A stretch of 32,000 nucleotides of DNA from Alkalilimnicola ehrlichii MLHE-1 (GTDB lineage Bacteria > Pseudomonadota > Gammaproteobacteria > Nitrococcales > Halorhodospiraceae). This document shows positions 1-11,263 of the stretch, piece after piece (within the stretch, counting starts at the first letter, position 1; each line of letters starts with the position of its first letter). The notes under the pieces are model-generated. The model worked only from the letters and a program-made list of their open reading frames with translations. It searched no databases and was not told where the DNA came from. Made by a program: the position numbers and the translations under genes. The stretch covers positions 1,800,001-1,832,000 of the forward strand of contig NC_008340.1 of assembly GCF_000014785.1 (NCBI RefSeq), in the 5' to 3' direction.

Positions 1-933
1 ATCACCCAGGGCGGCCCAGTCCGCCGGGTCGGAGATGAAATCCACAATAACCCGGACCCGCTGCTCCTCCACCCCCAGGGCCGAAAACTTGGTGAAACCG
101 CTGGGCTCCACCCTTCGCACCACCCCGTCCAGGTCATCCCTCCCGCCCCAGCGCTGCAACGCAACCGCCATGCCCGGGCGGATGCGTACGGCATCGGCGG
201 AGAGCACCTCCACCTCCACCTCCAGCGCCTGCGGGTCCGCCAGCTCCAGGATCGGCTCGCCCGGCTGCACCACCCGCGCGCTCTCGAAATGGCGCGCCAG
301 CACCCGACCGCTGGCCGGTGCCTGGAGTTCGATGACCTCGGGGGTCTCCTCGTCCCGCTGCCCGGCAAACGCGAGCGCCAGTCGGGCCGCCTCCAGCTCC
401 GCCCGGGCGGCATTGACCCGGTGGCGCGCCGCGGCGACCGTGGCCTCGGCCTGCCGGGCCTGGGCCGCCGCCCGGTCCACGTCGTGCCGGGAGACCGCGC
501 CCCGCTCCCCGAGCCGGGACAGCCGCTCCTGTTCGCGGGCGGCGAAATCGGCACCGGCCCGGGCGGCCTGGTGCTCTTCGCCGGCCGTGGCCAGAGCCGC
601 CTCGGCAGCCTCAACACGGGCCTGCGCCTGCCGTTCGCTGCGCAGGTCGAGCGCCTGGGGCAACAACGGGTCGAGGCGTACCAGCACCTCCCCCGCCTGC
701 ACCGCATCGCCCACCTCCCACGCCACCCGGCGGGCGTGTGCCGGCACCGGGGCTGAGATGGCGTAGCGGTGCATGACCCGGGTCCGCCCCTCCTCCTCCA
801 CGGTCTGGTGCACGGCACCACGGCTCACCTCGGTGATATCCACCCAGACCGGCTGCGGCCGAAAGCCCAGGTAGAGCAGCAGGGCCGCCACCGCCAGGCC
901 GCCGATCCACACGGTCAGTCGCTTCCAATTCAT
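1..933 (-). CDS. HlyD-family periplasmic adaptor (membrane fusion protein), truncated by window start
   Basis: Hand translation from ATG at 933 (minus): MNWKRLTVWIGGLAVAALLLYLGFRPQPVWVDITEVSRGAVHQTVEEEGRTRV...; N-terminal TM segment, lipoyl/coiled-coil region and ELQAPASGRVL...GEPILELADPQALEVEVEVLSADAVRIRPGM typical of HlyD adaptors. It is absent from the supplied ORF track because it has no stop in the window. Confidence 0.88.
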   Translation of the reverse strand, partial: MNWKRLTVWIGGLAVAALLLYLGFRPQPVWVDITEVSRGAVHQTVEEEGRTRVMHRYAISAPVPAHARRVAWEVGDAVQAGEVLVRLDPLLPQALDLRSERQAQARVEAAEAALATAGEEHQAARAGADFAAREQERLSRLGERGAVSRHDVDRAAAQARQAEATVAAARHRVNAARAELEAARLALAFAGQRDEETPEVIELQAPASGRVLARHFESARVVQPGEPILELADPQALEVEVEVLSADAVRIRPGMAVALQRWGGRDDLDGVVRRVEPSGFTKFSALGVEEQRVRVIVDFISDPADWAALGD

Positions 934-937
934 GGCC

Positions 938-3307
938 TCATTCCCTGGTCTTCAGGACCTCGACAAGGTCCAGCCGGTCCAGCCGGCGTCGGACCACCCA
1001 GGCCGAGAGGAGGCCGGCGAGCACCACGATGAGCGCGGCGAACGCCATGCCTGACGGCGTGAGCACCACCGGCACCCGGTAGAGATCGGACTCGACGGCG
1101 CGGGCGACCCAGCCGTAGAGCAGCCAGCCGAGCAGGAAACCGGGCAGCAGTCCGGCCAGGATCAGCACCGCCTGTTCCCCCAGCAGGATGCGGGCGACCT
1201 CGCCCCGGGTAAAACCCAGCACCCGAAGGCTGGCCAACTCCCGGGCCCGCTCGGAGAGGCTGATCCGGGCACCGTTGTAGATCACTCCGAAGGCGATGCT
1301 GCCGGCCAGCAGGGTGGTGATGAAGGTGAACATCAACACCGTCTCCGCCAGGGTATCGTAAAAGCTGTCGATGGCGGCCTCGCGCTCGGCGATGCCAGCG
1401 ATACCGGGGCGTTCGCGCAGGGCCTCCACCACCGACGCCCGGTCGCCGGGGAGCAACTGCAGGCGCGCCCCGGAGACAGCGCTCCCCTCGCCCAGCAGGC
1501 GCTGGAGGGTCGCCAACGGCAGGTAGGCGTTCACCCCGATGAGCTCTGTGATCACGCCGCCCACCAGCAGTTCGTGTGACGTCCGGCGCCCCTCGAGAAA
1601 GGTTACCTGGAGCCGGTCCCCCGGCCGTACGTCCAGCTCCCGGGCCAGCCAGTCGGTCAGCAACAGGCCGTGCTCGGGCATCGGCTGCAGGCGCAAGTCC
1701 GTGTCCAGCAGGCGCCGCAGCTCCGCGCCGGGCTCCTGGCCCTGCAACGCCAGCCGCCAGGTGCGGTGGCCCGAGCGCAGCTCCACGCTGGCACTGCGCC
1801 AGGGCTCGACACGGACCACGCCCGGCAGGGCCTCCAGCTCGTGAACGGCCTTGCGGGCCGTGGGCTCGGTGAAGGTGACGGTGATATCGTCGCGCTCCAC
1901 CAGCCCGAAGTGGATGCCGACCATCTGGTGGATGGCGGCGTCCTGGAAGCGTCCCACCATCAGGATGGCACAGGCGAAGGCGACCCCGGTGATCCCCATC
2001 AGCGCGCGCACCGGGCGGCGCTCCAGGCTGCGCAGGATCATCCGCACCGGCTGGCTGAACCAGCGCTGCAGGCCCAGCCGCTCCACCACCGTGGCCCGGA
2101 AGGCGGGGGGCGGTTCCGGCTGCATGGCCACTGCGGGCGGCAGCACCACCGCCCGGCGCACCGCCAGCGCCACCGCCAGCAGGGCGGACGCCACGGTGAC
2201 CAGAGCGGCGATCACAAAGGCCCGCGGGCCAAGGTGGAAGCTCAGGTAGGGGAAGCGGAAGAACTCCGCATACATTGCCGCCATGCCACCCCCCAGCCAG
2301 AGCCCCACGCCCACCCCGATGACCAGCCCCAGGGCGACGATCATCAGCACCAGCCGGACATAGTGCAGACCGACCTCCAGGTTGCTGCGGCCAAAGGCCT
2401 TGAGGACCCCGATCTGCTCGCGCTGGGTACTGACCAGCCGCCCCACCACCACGTTGAGCAGGAAGGCCGCGACCCCGAGAAAGATGGCCGGAAACAGCGT
2501 CGCCAGGGTCTCCAGCCCGTTCAGTTCCTCCTCCAGGTAGCGATGGGAGAGCTGATCGGCACGGCCAATCGCACCCCGCCCGCCATAGCGCTCCAGCGCC
2601 GCATCCACGGCCTGGATGACGTCGCCCTCCCGCGCCCCCCGCTGCAGCCGCAGACTGACGTCATTGAACGCCCCCTCCATGTCGCGGGCGGCGGCCAGCG
2701 CGGTGCGGTTCATCCAGAGTACGCCGTAGCGCTCGTAGTCGGGCAGCATGGTACCGGGCTGGATCTGGTAGATGTGCTCCGGCGAGAGCGCGATCCCCAC
2801 CACCGTCAGCCGCTGGCGGTGCCCGTGGATGATGGCGCTCAGGGTATCGCCCGGGCGCAGCCCGTGGGCCTCGGCAAAGGCCTCGCTGGCCACCACCTCG
2901 CGGTCCATGCCCGCCTCCGGCAGGCGACCGGTGCGCAGGAACAGGGCGTTGAGCTCGCTGTTACGCCCGTCCGGCAGCGACTGCAGCCGCCCGGCCACCG
3001 GGTCCGGGAAGCCCGCCGGCTCCAGGTGGGCGGCGGCCACCACCCGGCTCTCCACCAACTGGACCCCGGGGATCGCCCGCAGGCTCTCCACCAGCGACTC
3101 CGGCGCCCGCTCCAGGCTGGCGAAGACGTGGCCGAAGCGGTAGTCGCGATAGAAGTCGTCCCGGGTCTGCTGCAGGGTGTCGATGATGGCCAGCGACATG
3201 ACCAGGGTGGCCACCCCGCCGCCGATCACCACCGCGATGGCCGCCGCCTGGCCACGCAGGTGCCAGAACTCGCGCAGCAGCATCCGGTAAAGGGCGGGCA
3301 GACGCAT
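938..3307 (-). CDS. ABC transporter permease with FtsX-like domains
   Basis: 789 aa ORF; N-terminal TM, MacB-like periplasmic region, two C-terminal TM blocks (LLAVALAVRRAVVLPP; LIVVLAGLLSAWVVRRRLDRLDLVEVLKTRE) typical of FtsX/LolE permeases; adjacent to an ATPase and an HlyD adaptor. Confidence 0.92.
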   Translation of the reverse strand: MRLPALYRMLLREFWHLRGQAAAIAVVIGGGVATLVMSLAIIDTLQQTRDDFYRDYRFGHVFASLERAPESLVESLRAIPGVQLVESRVVAAAHLEPAGFPDPVAGRLQSLPDGRNSELNALFLRTGRLPEAGMDREVVASEAFAEAHGLRPGDTLSAIIHGHRQRLTVVGIALSPEHIYQIQPGTMLPDYERYGVLWMNRTALAAARDMEGAFNDVSLRLQRGAREGDVIQAVDAALERYGGRGAIGRADQLSHRYLEEELNGLETLATLFPAIFLGVAAFLLNVVVGRLVSTQREQIGVLKAFGRSNLEVGLHYVRLVLMIVALGLVIGVGVGLWLGGGMAAMYAEFFRFPYLSFHLGPRAFVIAALVTVASALLAVALAVRRAVVLPPAVAMQPEPPPAFRATVVERLGLQRWFSQPVRMILRSLERRPVRALMGITGVAFACAILMVGRFQDAAIHQMVGIHFGLVERDDITVTFTEPTARKAVHELEALPGVVRVEPWRSASVELRSGHRTWRLALQGQEPGAELRRLLDTDLRLQPMPEHGLLLTDWLARELDVRPGDRLQVTFLEGRRTSHELLVGGVITELIGVNAYLPLATLQRLLGEGSAVSGARLQLLPGDRASVVEALRERPGIAGIAEREAAIDSFYDTLAETVLMFTFITTLLAGSIAFGVIYNGARISLSERARELASLRVLGFTRGEVARILLGEQAVLILAGLLPGFLLGWLLYGWVARAVESDLYRVPVVLTPSGMAFAALIVVLAGLLSAWVVRRRLDRLDLVEVLKTRE

Positions 3308-4364
3308 CAGTACGCCCCGGGATGACCGAAGGCCGCCTCCAGGGCAATGAACAGCCGCCGCTCGGTCCGGAAGTCATCCTCCCGGTCCCGCCGGAGCTGC
3401 GGACGGATCTCCAGACTGAGCCAGTCGCGATGGATCACCGAGCGCCAGCGCACCTGGGCGTAGTATTGGGTGAGCTGGTTATTCGGTTCGCTCTCGCCCC
3501 GGGCACCCACCTGCCAGATCAGCGCCCGGCGTTGGGAGAGCTGCTGGTAATAGGAGACCCGTTGGTCGTAGTAGAACTGCTCTTCCCGCTTAAACCAGGT
3601 GGCCCCCGCCTCCAGCCGCACGGCACTGCGCCCAGTGACCGGGTGGTCCAGGCGGATGTCGGTCGTGGTGCCCGCGCCCCGTCCGTCGTACCAGAACACC
3701 GCCTGGCGGGGACGGATCACCCACAGCCCCGGCTGAAAGGCGCGCCAGACCCGGGCCCGGGTGTAGAGGTCCACCGGGCTGCCGGAGCGCAGGCGGGCGT
3801 CCACCGACGTGGACCAGTTCTCGCTCGGGCGCAGGAAGAGCAACCCCGCGCTGGTGGTGCGGTCCTCGTCCAGGTCCCGCGGCACGCCCCGCTCGGCATC
3901 CACCTCGTCGTCATAGTCATCGCTGGTGATGATCAGGCTCAGGCGATCCTGGGCCCCGGGCAGGCGCAGACGGCCGGAGACCCCGGCCTCCAACCGGCTG
4001 TCACCCTCGGCGCTGAGGCGCTGCTCCAGGCGCAGCCGGGCCACCGAGTCGTACTCCTCGTCCGCGTAGAGTTCGTCATCGGTCCCCAGCATCCGGTCCA
4101 ACTGCCGGGAGAGCAGAAAGACCCCGCGGGCCACGGCGGCCTGGCCCCGATCCACCGGTCCGATCAGGGCGCGCTCCTCATCCTCCTCCGGATACCACTC
4201 CGTGGCGGGGTCATCGCGAACGTGGCGTTCCTCCCGCCGCCTGCTCTCGGCGGCCGCTTCCGCTTCGGCGGCCGCCTCGGGGTCGGCGCCCTCGGCAACC
4301 GCCGCGGCCGGCAGGCCGACCGCCAGTGCCAACCCGACCAGCAGGCGCCCGGCATAACGCACGC

Positions 4365-4371
<7 letters not shown>
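3307..4371 (-). CDS. Hypothetical exported protein, possible outer-membrane beta-barrel
   Basis: 354 aa; signal peptide ([19 protein letters not shown]) followed by an acidic region and alternating hydrophobic/polar strands ([46 protein letters not shown]); overlaps the ATPase gene by 7 nt. Confidence 0.65.
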
Positions 4372-5075
<704 letters not shown>

Positions 5076-5111
5076 CCGGCCTCCTTCTGCCGCCTGCCCC
5101 GTGCCGCCGGG

Positions 5112-7244
5112 TCAGCCGTCCTGCCCTTGAGTATCGTACGGGCCTTCCGCTTCGGCGAGCCCGTAGACGTGCAGCAGAAAGACGTACCGTCGCGCCACTT
5201 CCTGCAGGTACTCGAAACGCCCGCCCGGGCCGCCGTGACCGGCGCTCATATTGGTGTCGAGCAGCAGCAGCCGGTCCTGCGGCCAGACCTCACGCAACCG
5301 GGCCACCCACTTGGCCGGTTCCCAATAGGTCACCCGCGGGTCGCTGACCCCGGCGGTGACCAATAGGTGCGGGTAGCGCCGGGGGGCCACGTTGTCGTAG
5401 GGCGACCAGCTGAGGATGCGGTGGTAGGCGGCTTCGTCCTCCACCGGATTGCCCCACTCCGGCCATTCCGGCGGGGTGAGCGGCAGGGAGGGGTCGAGCA
5501 TGGTGTTGAGCACGTCCACGAAGGGCACGGCGGCCACCGCCGCATGAAAGAGCTCCGGGCGCTGGTTGAGCACCGCCCCCACCAGCAACCCGCCGGCACT
5601 GCCACCGAACAGCGCCAAGCGGCCGGCGCCGGTATAGCCCTGGTCGATCAGGGCCTCGGCACAGGCGATGGTATCGCTGAAGGTGTTCTGCTTGTGCTCG
5701 CGCCGGCCCTGCCGGTACCAGCGCTGGCCGCGTTCCTTGCCGCCCCGTACGTGGGCGATGGCGAACACGAAGCCGCGATCCAGCAGCGACAGCCGGTGGG
5801 GGCTGAAAGCCGCCTCACTGGTCATGCCGTAGGCACCGTAGGCGTAGAGCAGCAGGGGCGTGCCGGGGTCGGGCTGCAGGTCCGCCCGGTGCACCAGGGA
5901 GATCGGGACCCGCTCGCCGTCCGGCGCGGTGGCGTAGGTGCGGTTGGCCGTATAAGCGGCCGGGTCGTGGCCGGAGGGGATCGGCTGGCGTTTGCGCAGC
6001 ACGCGGCTGGCCTCACGCAGGTCGTGGTCGTGGACCTCGGTCGGGGTGGTGAGGCTGCTCCAGACGGTGCGTAGGGTGTCGGTGCGGTATTCGTAGCCGG
6101 CCACCAGACCCAGATCGCAGGGTTCGTCGCCGAAGTCCAGGCGCCGGGTCGCCCCGTCCGCCCAGGGCCGATAGTAAATGGCCGGCTGCGCATCGGCCAT
6201 CTCGCTCCAGATCAGCCAGTCCTGCAACACGTGCAGGTCGCGGATGAGGCGGCCCGGACGGTGGGGCACCAGATCGGTCCAGCGCCCGGTATCCGCCGGG
6301 GCATCCAGCGGCGCGGCCACGATGCGGAAGTCCTCCGCTTCGCAATTGGTGAGCAGGATCCAGCGCTGGTCGTGATCCAGGGCGGCGTATTCCTGCTCCG
6401 GCGCGCGGGGGATCAGGCAGCGCGGGGGCTGGTCCGGGTCCCCGGCCGGTATCACCCACTGTTCGTTGCTGCCGTGACCGTGGCAGTCGATGAGCAGGAA
6501 GCGGCCGCTCTGGGTGCGGCCCAGGCTCAGGAAATAGCCGGGGTCCGCCTCCTCGTAGACCACCGGCCCCGGGCGGTCGCCGCCGACGTCCTCGCCCAAC
6601 CGGTGCCGGCGCACCCGGCGGGGCCGGTGCTCCTCATCCCCCTCGATCCACAGGAGCGTCCGGCTGTCGGCGGCCCATTCGAAATCACCCCGGACATTCT
6701 CCAGGCAATCAGGGAGGAGTTCCCCCGTTTCGGTGTCGAGAAACCGGATCTGCAGCGTCTCGGACCCGGTAAGGTCCTCGCTGAAGGCCAGATAGCGGTG
6801 ATCGGGGCTGTGGCCCCAGGCCGCCAGATCGTAGTAACTGCAACCGTCGGCCCGGGCGTCGGCGTCCAGCAGGACCTGCTCGCGCCGGTCATCGGCGTCC
6901 TCCCGCGGCCGGCGGCAGATGAGCGAGTGCTCGGCCCCCGGACGGAACCGCCAGTAGTACGCCCACGGCCCGTCGGGCAGGGGCACCCCGCGATCGTCCT
7001 CGGCCAGACGCCCCCGCAGCTCCGCCACCAGTCGCTCATGCAAGGGCTGCAGCGGCCCAAGGACGCGCTCGGTGTGGCGGTTCTCTGTCTCCAGCCAGGC
7101 CCGGATCTCCGGGTGGAGATGGGCCGGATCGGCCATGGCCTCGCGCCACTCCGGGTCGCGCAGCCAGGCCCAGGGGTCCTCGCGGCGGTGGCCGTGGCGC
7201 CGGTCCTTGACGGGGGCTTTATCCAATGGACTCCTTTCGTTCAT
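5112..7244 (-). CDS. ptrB: Oligopeptidase B (S9A prolyl oligopeptidase family)
   Basis: 710 aa; N-terminal propeller (YAWLRDPEW..., YYWRFRPGAEHSLICRR), catalytic GGSAGGLL serine motif and C-terminal GHGG containing His. Confidence 0.92.
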   Translation of the reverse strand: MNERSPLDKAPVKDRRHGHRREDPWAWLRDPEWREAMADPAHLHPEIRAWLETENRHTERVLGPLQPLHERLVAELRGRLAEDDRGVPLPDGPWAYYWRFRPGAEHSLICRRPREDADDRREQVLLDADARADGCSYYDLAAWGHSPDHRYLAFSEDLTGSETLQIRFLDTETGELLPDCLENVRGDFEWAADSRTLLWIEGDEEHRPRRVRRHRLGEDVGGDRPGPVVYEEADPGYFLSLGRTQSGRFLLIDCHGHGSNEQWVIPAGDPDQPPRCLIPRAPEQEYAALDHDQRWILLTNCEAEDFRIVAAPLDAPADTGRWTDLVPHRPGRLIRDLHVLQDWLIWSEMADAQPAIYYRPWADGATRRLDFGDEPCDLGLVAGYEYRTDTLRTVWSSLTTPTEVHDHDLREASRVLRKRQPIPSGHDPAAYTANRTYATAPDGERVPISLVHRADLQPDPGTPLLLYAYGAYGMTSEAAFSPHRLSLLDRGFVFAIAHVRGGKERGQRWYRQGRREHKQNTFSDTIACAEALIDQGYTGAGRLALFGGSAGGLLVGAVLNQRPELFHAAVAAVPFVDVLNTMLDPSLPLTPPEWPEWGNPVEDEAAYHRILSWSPYDNVAPRRYPHLLVTAGVSDPRVTYWEPAKWVARLREVWPQDRLLLLDTNMSAGHGGPGGRFEYLQEVARRYVFLLHVYGLAEAEGPYDTQGQDG

Positions 7245-8831
7245 TCAGTTACCTGCATCACTATTTTCATCCTGTTTCAGCATCTCCGCCACGCGGGCGC
7301 GATCGATCTTTCCGGCACCGGTCAGCGGCAGGGCGTCGACGAAGCGCCAGTGGCGGGGGCGCTTGAAACGGGCCAGCCGCAGGGCCGCGTGCGCCTCCAG
7401 ATCGGCCACCCCGGGGGGCGAGCCGTTGGTGACCACCAGGGCCCCGGGCACCTGTCCCCAGTGGGGATGGGGCACGCCGGCCACGGCGGCGGCGCTCACC
7501 CCCGGGTGGGTATTGAGCACCGTCTCGATCTCCTCGGGCGCGATGTTCTCACCCCCGCTCACGAAGACGTTGTCGGCCCGACCCACCAGGGTGACCCGAC
7601 CGCAGGCGTCGGCCCGCGCCATATCGCCAGTCCAGACCCAGCCGCCCTCCCGGAACACCCGATCCGTGCGGTCGGGGTCGTCGAGATAACCGTCGAAACA
7701 GTGCGGGCTGCGCAGTTCCAGCACCCCCGTCTCGCCCGGGGCCACTACCGTGCCCTCGTCCGGATGGGTGATGCGGTAGTCGGTGTGGAACATGCTCTGC
7801 CCGATACTGTGGCGCAGCTCCCAGATGCCATCGGCCTCCAGCCCGTCGGTGACCAGCATGAAGTTGGACGGCCCGCCCTCGGTCAGCCCGTAGGACTGGG
7901 CCACCGGGATGCCGCGCTCCACCCACGGGCGCATGGTGGCCTCACCGCAGGGCGCCCCGGCGGTGGTGATGCCTTCCAGGGTGGAGAGATCCGTATCGGC
8001 GAAGGCGGGGTGCTTGCTCATCAACTGGAGCATGGCCTCGACCCCGCCGAAGTGGGTGATGCCCTCCGCGGCGATCAGTTCCAGCGCCCGCCCCGGATCA
8101 AACTCGCGCATCAGGACGCTGTACCCGCCGGCGTAGTAGACCGGCGTCAGGGTGTTCCAACCGCCGATGTGGAAGAAGGGGAAGGTGACCAGCTCGCGCT
8201 GGGGCCCCAGCGCCCCGCCGGAGGTCGCCAGGATATCGATGGCGTTCCAGGTCATCTGCCGGTGGCTGATGGGGCAGATCTTCGGCTTGCCGGTGGTGCC
8301 GCCGGTGTGGATATAGAGATAGGGCGCCTGCATGGGCAGGGGGCGGTTGGCCGGTTGCTCGGGCGAAGTGAGCACCCGGCGCTGCCAGACCTCCCCCGCC
8401 TCGTCCAGGGCCAGCCGGCGGCGTACGCTGGGCGGCAGATCCAGCGACTCGGCCAGGGCCGCCAGCGCCTCCTCGTGCATAAAGGCGCTGGGCGCCATGC
8501 GGGCCAGCAGGTCGTTCAACTCGGGGGCGGCCAGGCGGAAACTCAGTGGTGTCAGCACCACCCCGGTCTTGCCACAGGCCAGGTAGAGGTCCACCAGCTC
8601 CAGCCGGTTGCGGCAAAGCACCGCGAAGCGCTCGCCCGGGGCCAGGCCCAGGGTGTCGGTCAGCCACCGCCCGGTGCGGTCGGCACGGGCATTCATCTGG
8701 GCGAAGGTCAGCGGCGGCCCCGCGTCCGGATCATGCACGGCGGGTTTGTCCGGGGTCAGTGCGGCGCGCCGCCCGGCCCAGTCTCCCACCCAGTTCATGG
8801 GCAGGCTGTCGTAGTCGTTGCGCTCGCTCAT
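7245..8831 (-). CDS. Acyl-CoA synthetase / AMP-dependent ligase (class I adenylate-forming)
   Basis: Motifs YIHTGGTTGKPK, SYGLTEGGPS, TGD, GRADNVFVSGGENIAPEEIE, PLTGAGKIDR. Start chosen at MSERNDYD (8831) rather than the longer ORF start at 9032, which overlaps tatD. Confidence 0.88.
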   Translation of the reverse strand: MSERNDYDSLPMNWVGDWAGRRAALTPDKPAVHDPDAGPPLTFAQMNARADRTGRWLTDTLGLAPGERFAVLCRNRLELVDLYLACGKTGVVLTPLSFRLAAPELNDLLARMAPSAFMHEEALAALAESLDLPPSVRRRLALDEAGEVWQRRVLTSPEQPANRPLPMQAPYLYIHTGGTTGKPKICPISHRQMTWNAIDILATSGGALGPQRELVTFPFFHIGGWNTLTPVYYAGGYSVLMREFDPGRALELIAAEGITHFGGVEAMLQLMSKHPAFADTDLSTLEGITTAGAPCGEATMRPWVERGIPVAQSYGLTEGGPSNFMLVTDGLEADGIWELRHSIGQSMFHTDYRITHPDEGTVVAPGETGVLELRSPHCFDGYLDDPDRTDRVFREGGWVWTGDMARADACGRVTLVGRADNVFVSGGENIAPEEIETVLNTHPGVSAAAVAGVPHPHWGQVPGALVVTNGSPPGVADLEAHAALRLARFKRPRHWRFVDALPLTGAGKIDRARVAEMLKQDENSDAGN

Positions 8832-9016
8832 GCGCCCTCCAGGGATCTGGTCTACCGTTGCCGGCCGCACCCCGGGCCGGCGCCCGATGTCCGGGCCCCG
8901 CGACGGCCCTGCCGGAAGTCTCGCGGCAAACCGACGCGCAAGGCAAGCGCCCATCTGGCCAGCGGGCACCGGAAAAGGGATAATTGCCGCCCGTTTCCTG
9001 GCAGCAAGAGGGTCCC

Positions 9017-9817
9017 ATGAGCGACGCGGCACTGGAACTGGTGGATATCGGCGCCAACCTCAGCCACTCCTCCTTCCGCAAGGACCTGGACGAGGTCCTG
9101 GAGGAGGCGGCCCGGGTCGGCGTGCAAACGCTGATTGTCACCGGCGCCAACGCCAAGAGCGCGGTGGACGGTCTGGCGCTGGCGCGCCGCCATCCCGAGC
9201 GCCTGCGGGCCACCGCCGGCTTTCACCCCCATCACGCCGCGGAGTGGCACGGCGAGTCCGAGGCGCTGCTGCGAGAGCTGGCCGCCGACCCGCTGCTGGT
9301 GTCCGTCGGCGAGACCGGGCTCGATTTCTACCGCGACATCTCGCCACGACCGGTGCAGGAGCGGGTCTTCGAGCGCCACCTGGAGCTCGCCTGCGAGCTG
9401 AAACTGCCCGTCTTCCTCCACCAGCGCGAGGCCCACGAACGGTTCCGCGACATGGTCCGCGCCTATCGCGACGATCTGGTGGACGGCATCGCCCACTGCT
9501 TCACCGGCGACCGCCGCATGCTCCATGAGTACCTGGACCTGGGCCTGCACATCGGCATAACCGGCTGGGTCTGTGACGAGCGCCGGGGCCAGGCCCTGCG
9601 CGAGTGCGTCGCGGACATCCCCCTGGACCGGTTGATGATCGAGACCGACTGCCCCTATCTGATGCCGCGCACCATCCGGCCTCGGCCCAAGACGCGCCGC
9701 AATGTGCCGGCCCACCTTCCCTACGTGCTGGACGAGGTGGCAACGCTGACCGGCCACAACCGGGCCACCATCGCCAGGGCCACCACCACCAACGCCCGGC
9801 GCTTCTTCCGCCTGTAG
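9017..9817 (+). CDS. TatD-family metal-dependent hydrolase
   Basis: Starts MSDAALELVDIGANLSHSSF; GETGLDFYRD, HQREAHERF, CFTGD, IETDCPYLMPRTIR motifs typical of TatD. Confidence 0.93.
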   Translation: MSDAALELVDIGANLSHSSFRKDLDEVLEEAARVGVQTLIVTGANAKSAVDGLALARRHPERLRATAGFHPHHAAEWHGESEALLRELAADPLLVSVGETGLDFYRDISPRPVQERVFERHLELACELKLPVFLHQREAHERFRDMVRAYRDDLVDGIAHCFTGDRRMLHEYLDLGLHIGITGWVCDERRGQALRECVADIPLDRLMIETDCPYLMPRTIRPRPKTRRNVPAHLPYVLDEVATLTGHNRATIARATTTNARRFFRL

Positions 9818-9844
9818 CCCGGCGGGCCCCGGCCCGGTCGCCGC

Positions 9845-10876
9845 TCAGGCGACGGCCGGGGCCTCCGGGACCAGCGCCAGCGCCTGCTCGATTACCTCGG
9901 GGCCGGCCCCGCTCCGGTGCGCCTGTTCGCTGATATGGCGCCGCCAGCGCCGGCCACCGGGGCAGCCGTTGAACAGCCCCAGGATATGGCGCGCGAGGTG
10001 CTGCAGTCGGGCCCCGCCCGCCAGCTCCGTCTCGACATAGGGCAGAAAGGCGCGCACGGCGGCGTGGCGGTCAGGCACCCCGGCCCCGGCGGCACCGAAC
10101 AGGGCCCGGTCCCAGCCGGCCAGCGCCCAGGGGTTGGTGTAGGCCTCGCGCCCCACCATGGCCCCGTCCAAGCCCCGGTCCAGGGTCTCCAGCAGAGTTT
10201 CGGTCCGGGTGATGCCGCCGTTGAGGATCACCTCCAGGGCCGGGAAGTCGCGCTTGAGCCGATAGACCCGCCCGTAGTCCAGCGGCGGGACCTCCCGGTT
10301 CTCCTTCGGGCTCAACCCCTGCAGCCAGGCCTTGCGCGCATGCACATAGAAGGTGCGGCACCCGGCCGCCGCCACCTGATCGACGAAGCCGGTCAGGTGG
10401 TCGTAGCTGTCCAGATGGTCCACCCCGATCCGGTGCTTGACCGTGACCGGCAGCCGGGTGCTCTCCGCCATGGCCGCCACGCAGTCCGCCACCCGGCCCG
10501 GGTCGGCCATCAGGCAGGCGCCGAACGCGCCCGCCTGCACCCGGTCGCTGGGGCAGCCGACGTTGAGATTGACCTCGTCGTAGCTCCAGGCTTCCGCCAG
10601 CCGCGCACAGTGGGCCAGTTGCTCCGGATCCGACCCGCCGAACTGGACCGCCAGGGGCCGTTCGGCCGCGCTGTAGGCCAGGAACCGCTCCGGGTCGTTG
10701 TGCCACACCGCCAGTGCCGGGACCATCTCCGTGAACAGCAGCGTGCGCGGCGCCAGCAGGCGCAGGAAGTAACGCGCATGGCGGTCCGTCCACTCCATCA
10801 TGGGGGCCACCGACAGCCGGCGGTCCGGCTCGGTCGCGCCCGGGGTAACGGTTGTCTGGGTTGCAGTGGGGGGCAT
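9845..10876 (-). CDS. dusA: tRNA-dihydrouridine(20/20a) synthase DusA
   Basis: LSVAPMMEWTDRHARYFLR, LQFGG-like VQFGGSDP, NLNVGCPSDRVQAGAFGACLM, KHRIGVD, YVHARKAWLQGLSPKENREVPPLDY (DusA-type). Internal ATG at 10876 preferred over the ORF start at 11254. Confidence 0.94.
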   Translation of the reverse strand: MPPTATQTTVTPGATEPDRRLSVAPMMEWTDRHARYFLRLLAPRTLLFTEMVPALAVWHNDPERFLAYSAAERPLAVQFGGSDPEQLAHCARLAEAWSYDEVNLNVGCPSDRVQAGAFGACLMADPGRVADCVAAMAESTRLPVTVKHRIGVDHLDSYDHLTGFVDQVAAAGCRTFYVHARKAWLQGLSPKENREVPPLDYGRVYRLKRDFPALEVILNGGITRTETLLETLDRGLDGAMVGREAYTNPWALAGWDRALFGAAGAGVPDRHAAVRAFLPYVETELAGGARLQHLARHILGLFNGCPGGRRWRRHISEQAHRSGAGPEVIEQALALVPEAPAVA

Positions 10877-11020
10877 GGTGAGGGTCGTTGCCGGTATGGG
10901 AAGCGCTATTCTCGCGTGCCGTGGGGCGGCCGGGCAAGCCGTCCCTTGCCGCCGCTCGGGCGATTGCCCGGCCCAGCGGCGCTCCGTATTATGGGCGGCC
11001 AACACGTTCAGCACCTGGGG

Positions 11021-11263
11021 ATGACCTTGCTTTACCTCTACATGACCGACGGCTGCCACTTGTGTGACGAGGCCGAAGCGTTCCTGCGGACCGTTACCGC
11101 CTACCGCCCGGTCCGCTGGCAGCCCCGTGATGTCATGGACGATCCCGAGTGGCTCGCCGCCTACGGCGAGCGTCTGCCGGTCCTGGCCGATGGGCAGGGC
11201 CGCAGTCTCGATTGGCCATTCGACGCCAGCGATCTCCTCCAGTTCTTGGAACAATCGGCATGA
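11021..11263 (+). CDS. Small glutaredoxin/thioredoxin-fold protein
   Basis: 80 aa MTLLYLYMTDGCHLCDEAEAFL...RLPVL; CxxC motif (CHLC) and cis-Pro (RLPVL); stop overlaps the next start (ATGA). Confidence 0.82.
   Translation: MTLLYLYMTDGCHLCDEAEAFLRTVTAYRPVRWQPRDVMDDPEWLAAYGERLPVLADGQGRSLDWPFDASDLLQFLEQSA

Noticed and set aside
1670-3325. 551-aa plus-strand ORF antisense to the FtsX permease
   Set aside because: Low-complexity Q/H/R-rich translation with no motif; the minus strand is an unambiguous permease.
6231-9020. 929-aa plus-strand ORF antisense to oligopeptidase B and the acyl-CoA ligase
   Set aside because: Mirror ORF typical of high-GC coding DNA: repetitive H/P/G/R-rich composition, no domain motifs, and the opposite strand encodes two clear enzymes.
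8831-9032. 67-residue N-terminal extension of the acyl-CoA ligase ORF
   Set aside because: Composition is not protein-like and it would overlap the start of tatD; MSERNDYD at 8831 is a better start.
9917-11263. 448-aa ORF read as one protein
   Set aside because: Most of it is antisense to dusA; only the last 80 codons (from ATG 11021) form a plausible glutaredoxin-like protein.
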